From: Cenococcum geophilum
Lineage: Eukaryota
Direction: 5' to 3'
Length of the DNA stretch: 64,000 nucleotides
Assembly (NCBI GenBank): GCA_050273025.1
Contig: CP158636.1
Span: 10,788,001-10,852,000 of the forward strand
The translations under genes and the position numbers were made by a program. The notes beneath the pieces are model-generated. The model had not been told where the DNA came from, did not search any database, and was given only the letters and a program-made list of their open reading frames with translations. Positions 34,726 to 45,974 of this stretch are shown here, one piece after another. Positions within the stretch are counted from its first letter, which is position 1. The number at the start of each line of letters is the position of its first letter.

Positions 34726-36627
34726 ATGCTGTTCAGGAATCTCGCCATTGGTCTAGCTGCTGGATTTTGGAGCTTTCATCACTGTGTGGCAGTCGCATTT
34801 GAGCCCCGCGCCAATGAGAAAAAATGCCAGAAGACAACTGTTGCTATATTGTAAGTCTCAATTGAGCTCTCCCAAGTTTTTAGACTGACTAGGAACGTGT
34901 AGAGGCGGTGGTGTTGCTGGAATTACAGCTGCGGTAAGCTTCTTTGACCTTCCCTACTCTACCATAGCTCACACAACTCCAGCAAGCTCTATCCAACCAG
35001 TCAATTACTGACTTCCTAATTGTTGAGTACAATGGTGACATCGGAGGTCGAATGGCCCACACCAATTTTGGCAAGAAATCGGACGGGACATCTTATGTTG
35101 TAGAGCTTGGTGCGAATTGGGTTCGTAGCTCAACTCACTGTGAAGCGACCCCACATCGGAATTGAATACTCATATATATCTAGGTACAGGGCCTTGGAAC
35201 CGAAGGAGGCCCTGAGAATCCCATATGGACATTCGTACGTCTTTCCAATGCTTTGATCGGACTGCCTAGCAGCAATGCTAAGTGAATTCTCTAGGCCAAG
35301 AAATATAACGTCAGCAACGAGTATTCAAACTATTCCTCTATCCTCACATACAACGAGACTGGGTATACCGACTACTCTAGTATGCTTGATGACTTCGAGA
35401 ACGTTTACGCAACCATGGAACAAAACGCTGGCTATATTCTCACAGAGAATCTACAAGACCAAAGTACGCGAACCGGGCTGGCATTGGCAGGGTGGAAACC
35501 AAAAAAGGACATGGCTGCTCAAGCCGTGGAATGGTGGGAATGGGGTGTGTATGAATCCTTTGCTCTATGCTGATCCTTCAACACAATTCTCTAAGGGAGT
35601 GAAAATTCAAAAAGCTAACACTCCCGCAGACTGGGAGACGTCCTACACACCTGGCGAATCTTCTCTTGTCTTTGGCATCACCGGCTATAATCTCACATTT
35701 TACCAATTCAGTGATGCAAACAACTTCGTTATAGACCAGCGCGGTTTCAACACTCTCCTCAAAGGCATCGCGTCGACATTTCTCAAGAAAAACGATTCTC
35801 GCCTTCTCCTCAACACCATCGTGACTGACGTCACATACTCCAAGGACGGTGTTACCATTACCAACGCCGATGGCTCTTGCATCAGTGCTGCCTATGCTAT
35901 TTGCACTTTCTCGGTCGGCGTGCTGCAAAATGATGCCGTAACATTCAAACCAGCTCTGCCCGACTGGAAGCAGACGGCTATCGAGAAGTTTCAAATGGGC
36001 ACGTATACAAAAATATTCCTGCAGTTCAACGAGACTTTCTGGGACCCGAATACCCAGTTCTTCCTCTATGCATCGCCGACAACACGAGGCTACTATCCTG
36101 TATGGCAGTCATTGTCCACTCCCGGTTTTCTACCCGGGTCAAACATATTCTTCGTGACGGTTGTAGAGTGGGAGTCGTACCGCATCGAAGCTCAGTCCGA
36201 TGAGAAGACAAAGGCGGAGGTCATGGCCGTCCTTCGCGAGATGTTCCCAAATATTGATGTTCCTGAGCCTATCGCGTTTATGTACCCTCGCTGGAGCCTC
36301 ACGCCCTGGACGTACGGGTCCTACTCCAATTGGCCCGTCGGAACCACTCTAGAGATGCACCAGAACCTTCGCGCGAATGTGGAGCGGCTGTTCTTCGCGG
36401 GTGAAGCAACTTCGGCAGAATATTTTGGCTTCCTGCACGGGGCCTGGTTCGAGGGACGGGAGGCGGGTGAGAGGGTCGCGGGCATGCTGGGGAAACAGTG
36501 TAAGAACGGCGATGGAGGGTGCGGTGATTATAAGAGTTATGAAGTGCTGCACGGGACGACACCTGTCGGTGATTATGGTGTACTCAATGGATGGCCGGTG
36601 AGCAGCTTCTATGACATTGGGTTTTAA
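34726..36627 (+). CDS. Secreted flavin-containing polyamine/amine oxidase, multi-exon
   Basis: Signal-peptide-like MLFRNLAIGLAAGFW, TTVAIL|GGGVAGITAA, IGGRM, VELGANW, ICTFSVGVLQ, YTKIFLQF, TYGSYSNWP, LFFAGEATS..YFGFLHGAWFEG. Confidence 0.92.
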
Positions 36628-37446
36628 GAGCAATGGGGGGAGTAATCTTGTCTAAGTTCAAATAAGAGCATTATAGAGGTGTTTTATATTTAACTGATAA
36701 GGCCCAAAATAATTAGCGGGGTTAACTTCGCCTCAATTCTCGGTTGGCAGTGGGCGATATCGGCGCCAAAAAGCCTCCTTTTCATCCCACTTGAACATGC
36801 CATTCACTGTCTCAGAGCTCTATCAATTCTCTCTTCTTTGATGAACTGAATGATATTGGAATGAATGAATGAATGAATCTATCTCTCGAATCTAACTACG
36901 AGGAATATAGGCCCTAATATAGGCCTATATCTACGGATACCGAAGTAGTTGCTGCGGAGACCGAACCAAAGGGGAGTCTGCTTATGTAAGCAGGAAACGC
37001 GTGTAGACGCATGTGGAGGACTCTTCCAGAACCATCGTCATTCTTCTTCTCCCCAAAGGTGTTTTCTCTCGGAACCTATTCCGTGCTCGATGAATTGGGG
37101 TGTCATGTGCCATCCCACGCCCTATCGCCTACAGTGGCACACACCCTCTGAGTCAGCCATCGGGCAATATATATGGAGCCAACTAAATACGACTACAAAA
37201 TACCATGCAGCTAAGTAGCGGAGAAACATCGTTGGATCAAGGTATTCACAGCAACAATTGCATGACACTGGTGTTCGTCAAACCACACTCTGTGCGACCC
37301 ACCTGCAGCAAGCCGAGGTCATTCGGGTGACTGGGCGACATTCTGAGAAATACGGTCTGAACTTGATCTGGATAACTGCAGCGAAAGGGATCATGCTCTG
37401 TTTCCCCAGTCCTCCGCCAGAACGCCGCTGACACACATAGATAAGG

Positions 37447-39066
37447 ATGGAGGCGCTAAACCACTCTCCCTCGCAAGCCGAGAAGCCCTCTCATATGAAC
37501 CTCGCACCTCGTGAAATTCTTCCTACCCATAATCATACCGCTTTGGAACATCCGTCGACATTCATCGGGAAATTGGAGAAGCAATTCAGGACCTTTGAGC
37601 GGCAATTGGTGGCCTACAATCTCGAAGCTCGTGGTATACAAAGAGTAGAAGCGGACGAGCGCCATGACCTCCAGTCCCTGGGATACAAACAAATTGCCAT
37701 CCTATGGTTCTCAATCAACCTCGCCGCGAACAACATCACATTGGGAATGCTGGGACCGGCCGTCTTTGGCCTCGGATTTTTGGACTCAACGCTTTGCGCT
37801 GTGTTTGGGATGCTCGTAGGATGTCCCCCTGTAGCCTACATTGCGACCTTTGGACCAAGATCCGGATGCAGAACCATGATCTTTGCAAGATATACGATGG
37901 GCTGGTGGCCGTCGAAGCTGATTGTTATACTGAACCTGATTGTCATGCTAGGATACTCCTTGATTGATTGTGTTGTAGCCGGCCAGATACTCTCAGCCAT
38001 TTCTGCACACAATATGTCTGTGGTTGTGGGCATCATCATTGCAGCTATCATTACATGGGGTGTTACCACATTCGGATATCAGATCTTTCACTACTATGAG
38101 CGCTATGCTTGGTTACCCCAGCTGGTTGTCCTCTGCATCCTCGCAGGCGTGGCAGGTCCCAAATTCGACACTTCCACCACTTCCGAAGGCGATTCCAGAA
38201 CTGTTGCTGGGAATCGTTTGTCTTTCTTTGGAATCAATCTGGCAGCTGCAATCACCTACGGTGGTTGTGCAGCTGACTATTTTGTCTACTATCCTGAGTA
38301 TACTCCTGGTTGGAAGATCTTTTGGATCATCATGGCTGGCCTGTCCACCAGTTTTACATTCGCATTTATTCTTGGCATAGGGCTGGCTTCCGGCATGGCC
38401 ACAGATACTACCTGGTCAACCGCATACGGCGTCTCGCAAGGTGCTCTAATTGTCGAGGGCTACCGTCCATTGGGCAGCTTCGGCAGCTTCTGTGGTGTTG
38501 TGGTTGCATTAGGCTTAGTAGCTAATCTGATCCCGCCAACGTATTCATCTGGCGTCGACTTCCAGGTCCTTGGTCGGTATGCTGCTCGTATTCCTCGTGC
38601 GGTCTGGAACACGATCGGAGTAGTCATCTACACTGTCTGCGCATTGGCTGGACGAGATCACCTTGCTGAAATCTTCACAAATTTCCTTGCGCTCATGGGT
38701 TACTGGGTCTCCATCTGGATAGCTATAACGCTGGAAGAGCATCTAATCTTTCGCCGAAAATCGGGGTTTAATTGGACAGCTTGGAATCAGCAGAGCAAAT
38801 TGCCTCATGGCATCGCTGCGCTTGTTGCTTTCTTGGTTGGGTGGGTAGGCGCAATATTGTCAATGGCTCAAGTCTGGTATATTGGTCCTATCGCCAAGCT
38901 CGTTGGAGATTATGGGGCCGATGTAAGTGTCTCTAGTCTCATACATTGTTCAATGAGCACTAAGCTGATTTCATCATTTTAGATGGGAAACTATGTTGGC
39001 TTCACATGGGCCGGTCTTGTATACTTGCCTCTCAGGTACTGGGAGCTCAAGAGGTTCGGACGCTAG
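37447..39066 (+). CDS. Purine-cytosine permease (NCS1 family, Fcy2/Tpn1-like), 2 exons
   Basis: LEARGIQRV, LWFSINL, ATFGPRSG.RTMIFARYTMGWW, AADYFVYYP, NFLALMGYW, MAQVWYIGPIA. Intron 38923-38982, TAG at 39064-39066. Confidence 0.92.
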
Positions 39067-40227
39067 TTTCGGTGTGTGGCGGAGTTTCAACCTTATTAGT
39101 CTGCAGTGACACGTAATGTCATGCTTCTAAGCCCTAGACTCTATACTCCCTAGTCTTCCCCATGGTGCTTCCTAAGTAGTGTTTGCTAGGTGTGAGTGAT
39201 TTGTGCCTTCGGGAATAGCGATATCGAATGGCCAGTAGAACTTTTTGTATCAAGAGCAGCCGTCTTATTTTAATACCTTATGTTTGCGGGTGTTTCTAAG
39301 CATGGCTACGAGAGTTTTGCTCTCCCAAGGCCAACGAAGCAAAAGTGATTCCTGCCTTCGCCGCCATAAGTTCGTGCTACAAGGTACCGTTTCCACTTAC
39401 CGCTCATTCTCTACGGTCGATAAAACGTCTCCTAGACTCTATAGACTTTTCCTCGCAGTTGAGTAAATCGGTTGCGTCAATATCTAGGAGCGTCTCGAAG
39501 TAAGGCCATGGTTCTTATACATGAAACAAAGGAAAAGTCTACATCTTTACGAGGAGAGCCCAAAAATTGTGTGCGAAAGAGTTTGATTGTGTAGACTACA
39601 TCTATTTGGTCAAGAGCGTTATATCCGCCTCCATTTGATTCTCATGATGTCGCCGTGCTTGTGTGTATCTTGAACGCTATTAACAACTTTCCAAGAGCAC
39701 TGGCTTGGGTTAGAGGCCTGTACGCCTTCTCTCTGTCTGCGCCTGAAAAGAGTATATGGATGCTGTCAAGCCGTATGCTTGCTGGTCTTGGAGTCTACAT
39801 GGGACCTTTCGAGGTCAAATGTTTGGAAGGGTATATACGTGGGAGGAAGGTTTAAAGCGAATATAGTCATCAATTGTGAATTTATTCCTGCGGGAGGTAG
39901 TTCAAGAAATCGCATAAAGGAGTGGTCTTTCCTGCTCGAACACTACCCACCGGCCATAACCAGCGCACAGCCTTACTAACGAATAGCCTACTCTGCGAGA
40001 TTTCATAGTATTACCTCGTAAAGTTTTTACTCTACAACTATAAGAAGCCCGTTCGCCGCGGGAATATTCCCATCTTCATACTACCGAGTGATATTGGCAG
40101 CGCCATTCACAGCACGTCCGCTTCGACGACAGCTTGTCACCCGCCTCAACTCAAATTCTATTTTGATTTCTGTGCAAAATACATTCACATTCCTCCTATT
40201 CTTACCCATGGCTGAGGCATCGCCAAA

Positions 40228-41346
40228 ATGCCTCCCACTCTTGAGATGAATCTCACGGTCATCGAACAGAACCTCGATTCCATGCACCAGGAAGCAAAGC
40301 ACGTTCTCAGCAAACTCATAGAATCCTGTCGTAGAGAATCTGAATTACGTCAAGAGAATGAAGCCTTACGCCAACAAAGTACCGGCCTTCAAGCACTCCT
40401 CGATCAAGCCGAAAAGGATAAGGACGCTATCCAGGAACAGCTCACTAGTCTAGGCGACTTAGGGACGAAGAACGATAACCTCTCGCGCGAGCTTGAAGAA
40501 GCGCATAGATTAATTCGGCAATTAGAGGAGGAGATTCATGAGGATGAGTCTAAGATCGAGAGCATCGAGTCTATGCTAAGCTCACGTCGAAAGCGCCCTC
40601 GTTCATCTGGCCAAATCCGAAACTGCAACAATTCTGATGTGGAAAATTACAACCCGTCTAAACGCCACCGTCAAGACAGTAGCTTCGATGAGAAACTCCA
40701 TGGTAGCTCCTATAATTCCTCATCGGCGCCTGTTCGCCGGCGCGACTCAGCACAAGTTTCATCAGATACACTCACTCGCAACCCCATAAATCCTCCATCA
40801 CACCATGCCTACGATAGCCCTCCAGCAAATGAGCTCGTAGAGTCTCGCGACCGCTCTTCCTCTAGAACGGCTAATAGCGTCTCTACTCCCCAGAACAATT
40901 GTCCGACTGCTCTGAACGGTGGTGGCAACGGTCACCGCCGTAGTGACTCGGACACACACTACCCAGCCACTTCAAAAACGTCGAAATTCCCTCCTGACGC
41001 AACCTCCGAGGTCGGGCTGGGCATCCGTGGTCGCGCCATAGACTCTAGGGCCACTGGGGAAAGTCGCGCCCAGGCCGGTACGTTGGAGCGAGGAAAGATC
41101 ATCTGCCATGGTTGCTGGGAGCAGCGTCAGAACTGCTATACATAACCAAACCGGGTGGCCTGTAGCAGTTGCTTACGAGAGAAAATACCTTGCACTAGAG
41201 CGCTTTGTCTGGACTGGCATCAATCGAGGAGATGCTTCCGTGGTAATAAATGCCACAACGTGCATGACGAGAAGGGCTTCAATGTTATCAAGGCTCAGCT
41301 CGCTGGTCGCCCCAAGGTCATGTTTCGTGACGAAAATCACAAATGA
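40228..41346 (+). pseudogene. Coiled-coil protein with C-terminal Zn2Cys6-spaced cluster + CCCH finger, interrupted by one in-frame TAA (41143-41145)
   Basis: ORFs 40228-41145 and 41155-41346 share a frame. Read through, they give CHGCWEQRQNCYT*PNRVACSSCLREKIPCTRALCLDWHQSRRCFRGNKCHNVHDEKGF. Confidence 0.72.
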
Positions 41347-41471
41347 TAGGCGTATATCGCTGTCACGGACTGAAGACCTTAGTTTGGCATGGTTGGTATG
41401 GAGACGGAATATATCTCAGTCTGGAATGAATGTTGGCCAGCGTGTGCTCAATGTGCTCGATGTGCAATGTG

Positions 41472-41631
41472 TAGGCTTCAGTGATTTTTTCGGAGTGGAG
41501 TGGAGTGGATTTGAGCTCAATCCACTCCAAATTACTTGTAGTTTAGCTCATTCCTAAACAGGACTGACGCTTGCCTATCAAGGCTAGCAGTCCACTCCAC
41601 TCCAACTTTGACCAGTCCCAAAAGATCACTG
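41472..41631. mobile_element. MITE-like element, family A, copy 2 (inverted relative to copy 1)
   Basis: CAGTGATTTTTT ... AAAAGATCACTG termini, internal GGAGT/ACTCC repeats, and collinearity with 4165-4320. Confidence 0.75.
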
Positions 41632-42445
41632 GTACTACTAGGCTTCAAGCTTTGAAGCAACAGTTCTATCATAACCGGCGTTTTCAGTTGAGAATAGGCT
41701 TGGGATCGACTAATCATCGAGATTATGATGTATTGATATAGGGAGAATTTGCTTCATTAGCCTCCTTATTCGTTATATGAGGACGCAGAGTACGAAAGGG
41801 TAACATAAGTCCAAGTAATTCATACAGTTGTCTACTCTGTAGTTGAGGCTCGCTTGAAGTCGAGGCATGACAGTTATAAAATCTGTTGGCTCGCCAAAGA
41901 TATTAGCATGCATTCTGCTCTGGCATTCAGTTTCTGGGCTTCCGCCTTCTCCCCAATGCCTCAACTCACAGAGCATGACCTCATCTGTTCTCCTTCCATC
42001 CTCCATCCTCGCCGTCGCTGAGGTAGATGAGTCAGCTCCTCTTGCTTCACCACTTGTTTTCTCTTGTTTACTTCATCCTCTCGCAAGCCTCCCAAACGCT
42101 GCGACTCAATTGCTTGTGGCCACCACTATACAAAGTATCAGCAACTGCTCACCATAACTAGTATCACTTTGATGCCAGGTCAATGCAAGGTACAGCTTTC
42201 CTCACCGCCTTATCACCCAACACTCGAGCGTCTTCTGAACTGCAAAGACGCCCACTAACCAAACTGACTCAACAGATAAAATTCAGCTTTCTTCTGACGA
42301 TCCTTGGTTCGGTCTCGACGCGCTTACCGATGAATCTTTCCTTCGTACCGGCAAGCTTCCACCTGCCTTTAGCATTCTTGTTTCGCAGTCCCAAACTGCA
42401 TCCTCTTCTATCCCGGCGCCCTCGCCCACACTCACACCTACACTG

Positions 42446-45205
42446 ATGGCAACACCAAGTAAAGAGAATGACGGCTTCGAAAAAGGCAGATCACGTTCTC
42501 CCATAAAACTGCTAGTTTCTGCAGGCATGCAATCAAATTCTTCCTCTTCATGTTCACTGAAGTTCCCTGCTCCTGATATGACGCCATTGCAGACCCGTGA
42601 TAACCATGATGGAACCTTTCCTTTCGGCCAGAGATATCCCAGTGCTGCTAGGAATGGCAGTATCATCTCGAACTCTCCCGATCGATTGGAAATGTCGGCC
42701 AAGCATATAGGAAAGAAAGGCGAGGAGCGAAACGCCTCGCCACTTTACCGGACGTCCAGTGTGGAGACCAAGACTCAGACTAATGACTCGCAGTTGCACG
42801 CTCACTCATCTGTGCCAGTCCCTCCATCCTCAAATGCCCAGGAGATAGCACATGACAAGAGTGACGAGATCAATCTCCAACGATCTTTTGAGAATAATCC
42901 AGCTCTGAAGTCCACAAAACAAGCACCAAAGGTCGTTGCGCAGAGCCCAGCGATGTGTGTTTCTAAAGACAACGAGGAAAAGGTATATTCTGCTACGAGT
43001 ATACGCATTGCTAAAGTGAAGGCGGAGCTTGAGGAGCAGTATCGGCAGTCTGACAATGAGATAAGCAATACGAATGATCGACACGATAAATCTGTGCCCG
43101 AGTGGAATCCAAAGCTAGAAATCGAGCAAACGCTCCGGAATAACACTGACCTTGCAACGACTGGGTCCCACGGATGTCTACTCCCACAGGCTGCGCAAAT
43201 GGTCAGGTTGGATGAATGCGTGAACCCAACAGTCTATGAGGCGGTTCCCTACTTCAGTGGTAGTGTTACGAACATGGAAATTGCAAAGGCCCAAGCCTCG
43301 AACTCTACTCCACAGGCACCTGGACATCCCAAAACAAACCGGACCTTCCAGCAAAGAGATCAGGCTGCTGGAGCGAGGGTAGTCACACTTATGCAGGCCC
43401 CTGAGACTTCCAGGAAGGCAGCGGGTGATTTGAAGCAGGCAGCACAAGCCGAGATTTTGAGTTTCGAGCAAAAGTGCGCCGAGAAAGAGCAAAAATCAAG
43501 CCATGCTCTTGGAGAAGCGCAAGCTAGAATCCTGATACTTATGAGAGAGTGTGCAGAGTTGAAGGTGGCAGTTAATAAACCTCTGGAGGAGGCCAAGACG
43601 AGGAATGTCGAGCTGGAGAAGCAACTCGGAAACATGAAGAATACGGCTGAAGAATCTGAGCGTGGAGCAAAAGTCAAAATGCAGAAGTTGGAAGAACAGG
43701 TATCGAAGCAAAAGCAACAATATGCTGTACCAAAACGCCAGTTTTCCAAGTGGAAAACAAATCCGGCAGAGGTGATCACACAGATGGATGAGAATAAGCA
43801 GACTATCGCCGAACAAGAGAGCACCATTACAGATTTAAAGAAGAAGCTTGAGGATTCAGACGCCAAGGTTGCGAAGCTTACAGAAAATTTTATTACTCAT
43901 GAGCGGGAGATAAAGCGCATCATTGAAACTGAAGTTCAGCCTCTGGGGAAACAGCTCGGAGAGGCAACAAAGCGCGAGAAAGACGTGGAACTAAAACTGA
44001 AGGGAGCGGAGGCACGCAACCAGGGGTCGGAACAGCTCCTAGCAGAAATTGTAGCTACGCTAGCCAAACTGCGTACCGAAGCAGTACTTCGAGCATCAAC
44101 GCAGCAAATGCAAGATATTTCAAACAGTCTTCGATCACAATTGAAAGACAGAGAGGCGACGAATGATCAACTTCCGAAGAAGCCACATGAATCCAACGAG
44201 AGTGTCGTGCGACTTAGCAATGAGCATTCCCAACTCAAAGAGGGCTACAAGAGTCTAGCACTCCCTAAAACCGGCGAAAATGGCAGTAAACTTCAGCCAC
44301 AAGCTGACAGCTCTGGCAAGATCGCGATCTTGAACCAAGAAGTCCAGCTCCTGAGAGAGCAGCTCTCAAACTCTGACGAGAAAGTAGCCCAATTAGTGCA
44401 AGAGCTTTCGGCGTCTGACGAGAAAGTAGCTCAATTGACGCAAGAGCTGGAGACCCATCGTGGAAGTCATATGGATTACCGTACGGTAGTCGATCTTCGG
44501 AACTTGTCTGACCAGAAGGAGTCTACAGCCCGAGAAATCCAGGATCTTGAGACCGAGCCGACAAAGTCCGAGCAAGATGTTGCTTGGTTGACGAAGAATC
44601 TGGCAGTCACTCGATCCCAGAAAGCCACAGACCAGCAGCTTGCAAAACAGGTTCCCTGTAAAGATAAAGATCTGGTCCAGGGCCTTGCACAGAAAGAGCG
44701 CCGCATCCGAGACCTGGGAACCAAGCTCGCAGAATATGAAAACAAGTGCGCATTTCTTAGCGAACGGCTCCGCCAGTCGGCGATCGCAGGCTCTGCCCAG
44801 CAGCAGCTCACCGATCTGCGTAGGAAGATCCAAGAGTCCGAGGCGAAGAATAATCGGTTGGCTCAGGACCTCAAGGAAACACAGAAACGGTACCTTGCTC
44901 TCAAAGGCGTCGAAGAGAAGCTGCTGGGACCCGCCAGCCTATTCCGCGGCGCCGCTCATCTCGTCGCTCCGCCAGGCATTGCAAAGTTGCCAGAGACGGT
45001 TTTCACGTGTATCGAATGTTATGTGAAAGGTTTGCTGTGTGATAATTGCTCGACGTGCGAGAACTGCAAGGCGGGTGGACATGTATGTTCGCGGTGGAAG
45101 TGTAGCATTCACAAGCATCTCGGCTACTGTCCAGAAATGCCGTGCGCGCTGGTTCATGACGAGGATGGGTGGCTGATTACGAAGAACGCAATTCCGCAGT
45201 GGTGA
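42446..45205 (+). CDS. 919-aa long coiled-coil protein with C-terminal Zn2Cys6-spaced cluster + CCCH finger
   Basis: Intronless ORF, heptad-rich E/K/Q/L middle with a 42-bp duplication at about 44363-44448. It ends CIECYVKGLLCDNCSTCENCKAGGHVCSRWKCSIHKHLGYCPEMPCALVHDEDGW. Confidence 0.85.
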   Translation: MATPSKENDGFEKGRSRSPIKLLVSAGMQSNSSSSCSLKFPAPDMTPLQTRDNHDGTFPFGQRYPSAARNGSIISNSPDRLEMSAKHIGKKGEERNASPLYRTSSVETKTQTNDSQLHAHSSVPVPPSSNAQEIAHDKSDEINLQRSFENNPALKSTKQAPKVVAQSPAMCVSKDNEEKVYSATSIRIAKVKAELEEQYRQSDNEISNTNDRHDKSVPEWNPKLEIEQTLRNNTDLATTGSHGCLLPQAAQMVRLDECVNPTVYEAVPYFSGSVTNMEIAKAQASNSTPQAPGHPKTNRTFQQRDQAAGARVVTLMQAPETSRKAAGDLKQAAQAEILSFEQKCAEKEQKSSHALGEAQARILILMRECAELKVAVNKPLEEAKTRNVELEKQLGNMKNTAEESERGAKVKMQKLEEQVSKQKQQYAVPKRQFSKWKTNPAEVITQMDENKQTIAEQESTITDLKKKLEDSDAKVAKLTENFITHEREIKRIIETEVQPLGKQLGEATKREKDVELKLKGAEARNQGSEQLLAEIVATLAKLRTEAVLRASTQQMQDISNSLRSQLKDREATNDQLPKKPHESNESVVRLSNEHSQLKEGYKSLALPKTGENGSKLQPQADSSGKIAILNQEVQLLREQLSNSDEKVAQLVQELSASDEKVAQLTQELETHRGSHMDYRTVVDLRNLSDQKESTAREIQDLETEPTKSEQDVAWLTKNLAVTRSQKATDQQLAKQVPCKDKDLVQGLAQKERRIRDLGTKLAEYENKCAFLSERLRQSAIAGSAQQQLTDLRRKIQESEAKNNRLAQDLKETQKRYLALKGVEEKLLGPASLFRGAAHLVAPPGIAKLPETVFTCIECYVKGLLCDNCSTCENCKAGGHVCSRWKCSIHKHLGYCPEMPCALVHDEDGWLITKNAIPQW

Positions 45206-45974
45206 GGGTTCGGAGGAGGTGTAGCATGAGGTATTATATGAACAGAGTGGATTAGTGTCCTTTGATTTTCGGATTACTTCGCGGCTCGCTCGGCACTTTA
45301 CGAGAAATCATGTATGAAGTGGTGGTAATGGAGGCTAACAGGAAGCGGTTCGTGAGCTCAACACTTGGGCGTGGGTTTTTGCTTTTACTGCTCTAGTCTA
45401 TCTTTGCTTGTCGAATCTCCCATGCTTGTGAGAGAATGCTGTAGTCCGCATCTTGTTTCTTTATTCTCCTTCTAGTGCGGTGTGGCCGTCTTTGCTGTCC
45501 TTAGGAGAAAGCTTTAATTTTCCTGAGAGGGGTTTTATTGACACTGGAGACGGAGTTTTGTCTCTCGTTTTACGGTAATGTGGCATTGACATTTGAATTG
45601 TGGGAGGATGCTATCTTAGAACTTTCAGCTATATAATTTATCAACTACACTAGTGTTTTAATGGGATGCTTACTTGTTCTAAGAACGATTCTGGTCATAA
45701 ATTCGCAAAACTCTTTAGGATTGCTTGAGCAAGCACAGGAGTCTGGGGTAGCGCGTAAATATTTCAATTGCTGATAGGTATACATGCCTAATGTAACCAT
45801 TTGCCGGTCAACAATGCTAGTGCAAAAAGCAAGAGTGGAATACGTCCCCTTGTTTCCACCATTTTCCGCCCTTTGACTCCACTTAACCTACAAATCAACA
45901 TAATACACCAGACTAAGCCCAACCACGTTTAAATAATCCCCTCCATTCATCTAAATTCGCGTGAATAGATTTCT

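Noticed and set aside
36859..36878. (GAAT)5 microsatellite; also short tandem duplications at about 23622-23655 and 58409-58436
   Set aside because: Ordinary slippage repeats with no further structure.
40228..45205. Spok-like meiotic driver (coiled coil plus cysteine cluster)
   Set aside because: No nuclease-like or kinase-like domain is recognisable, and the Cys module is terminal.
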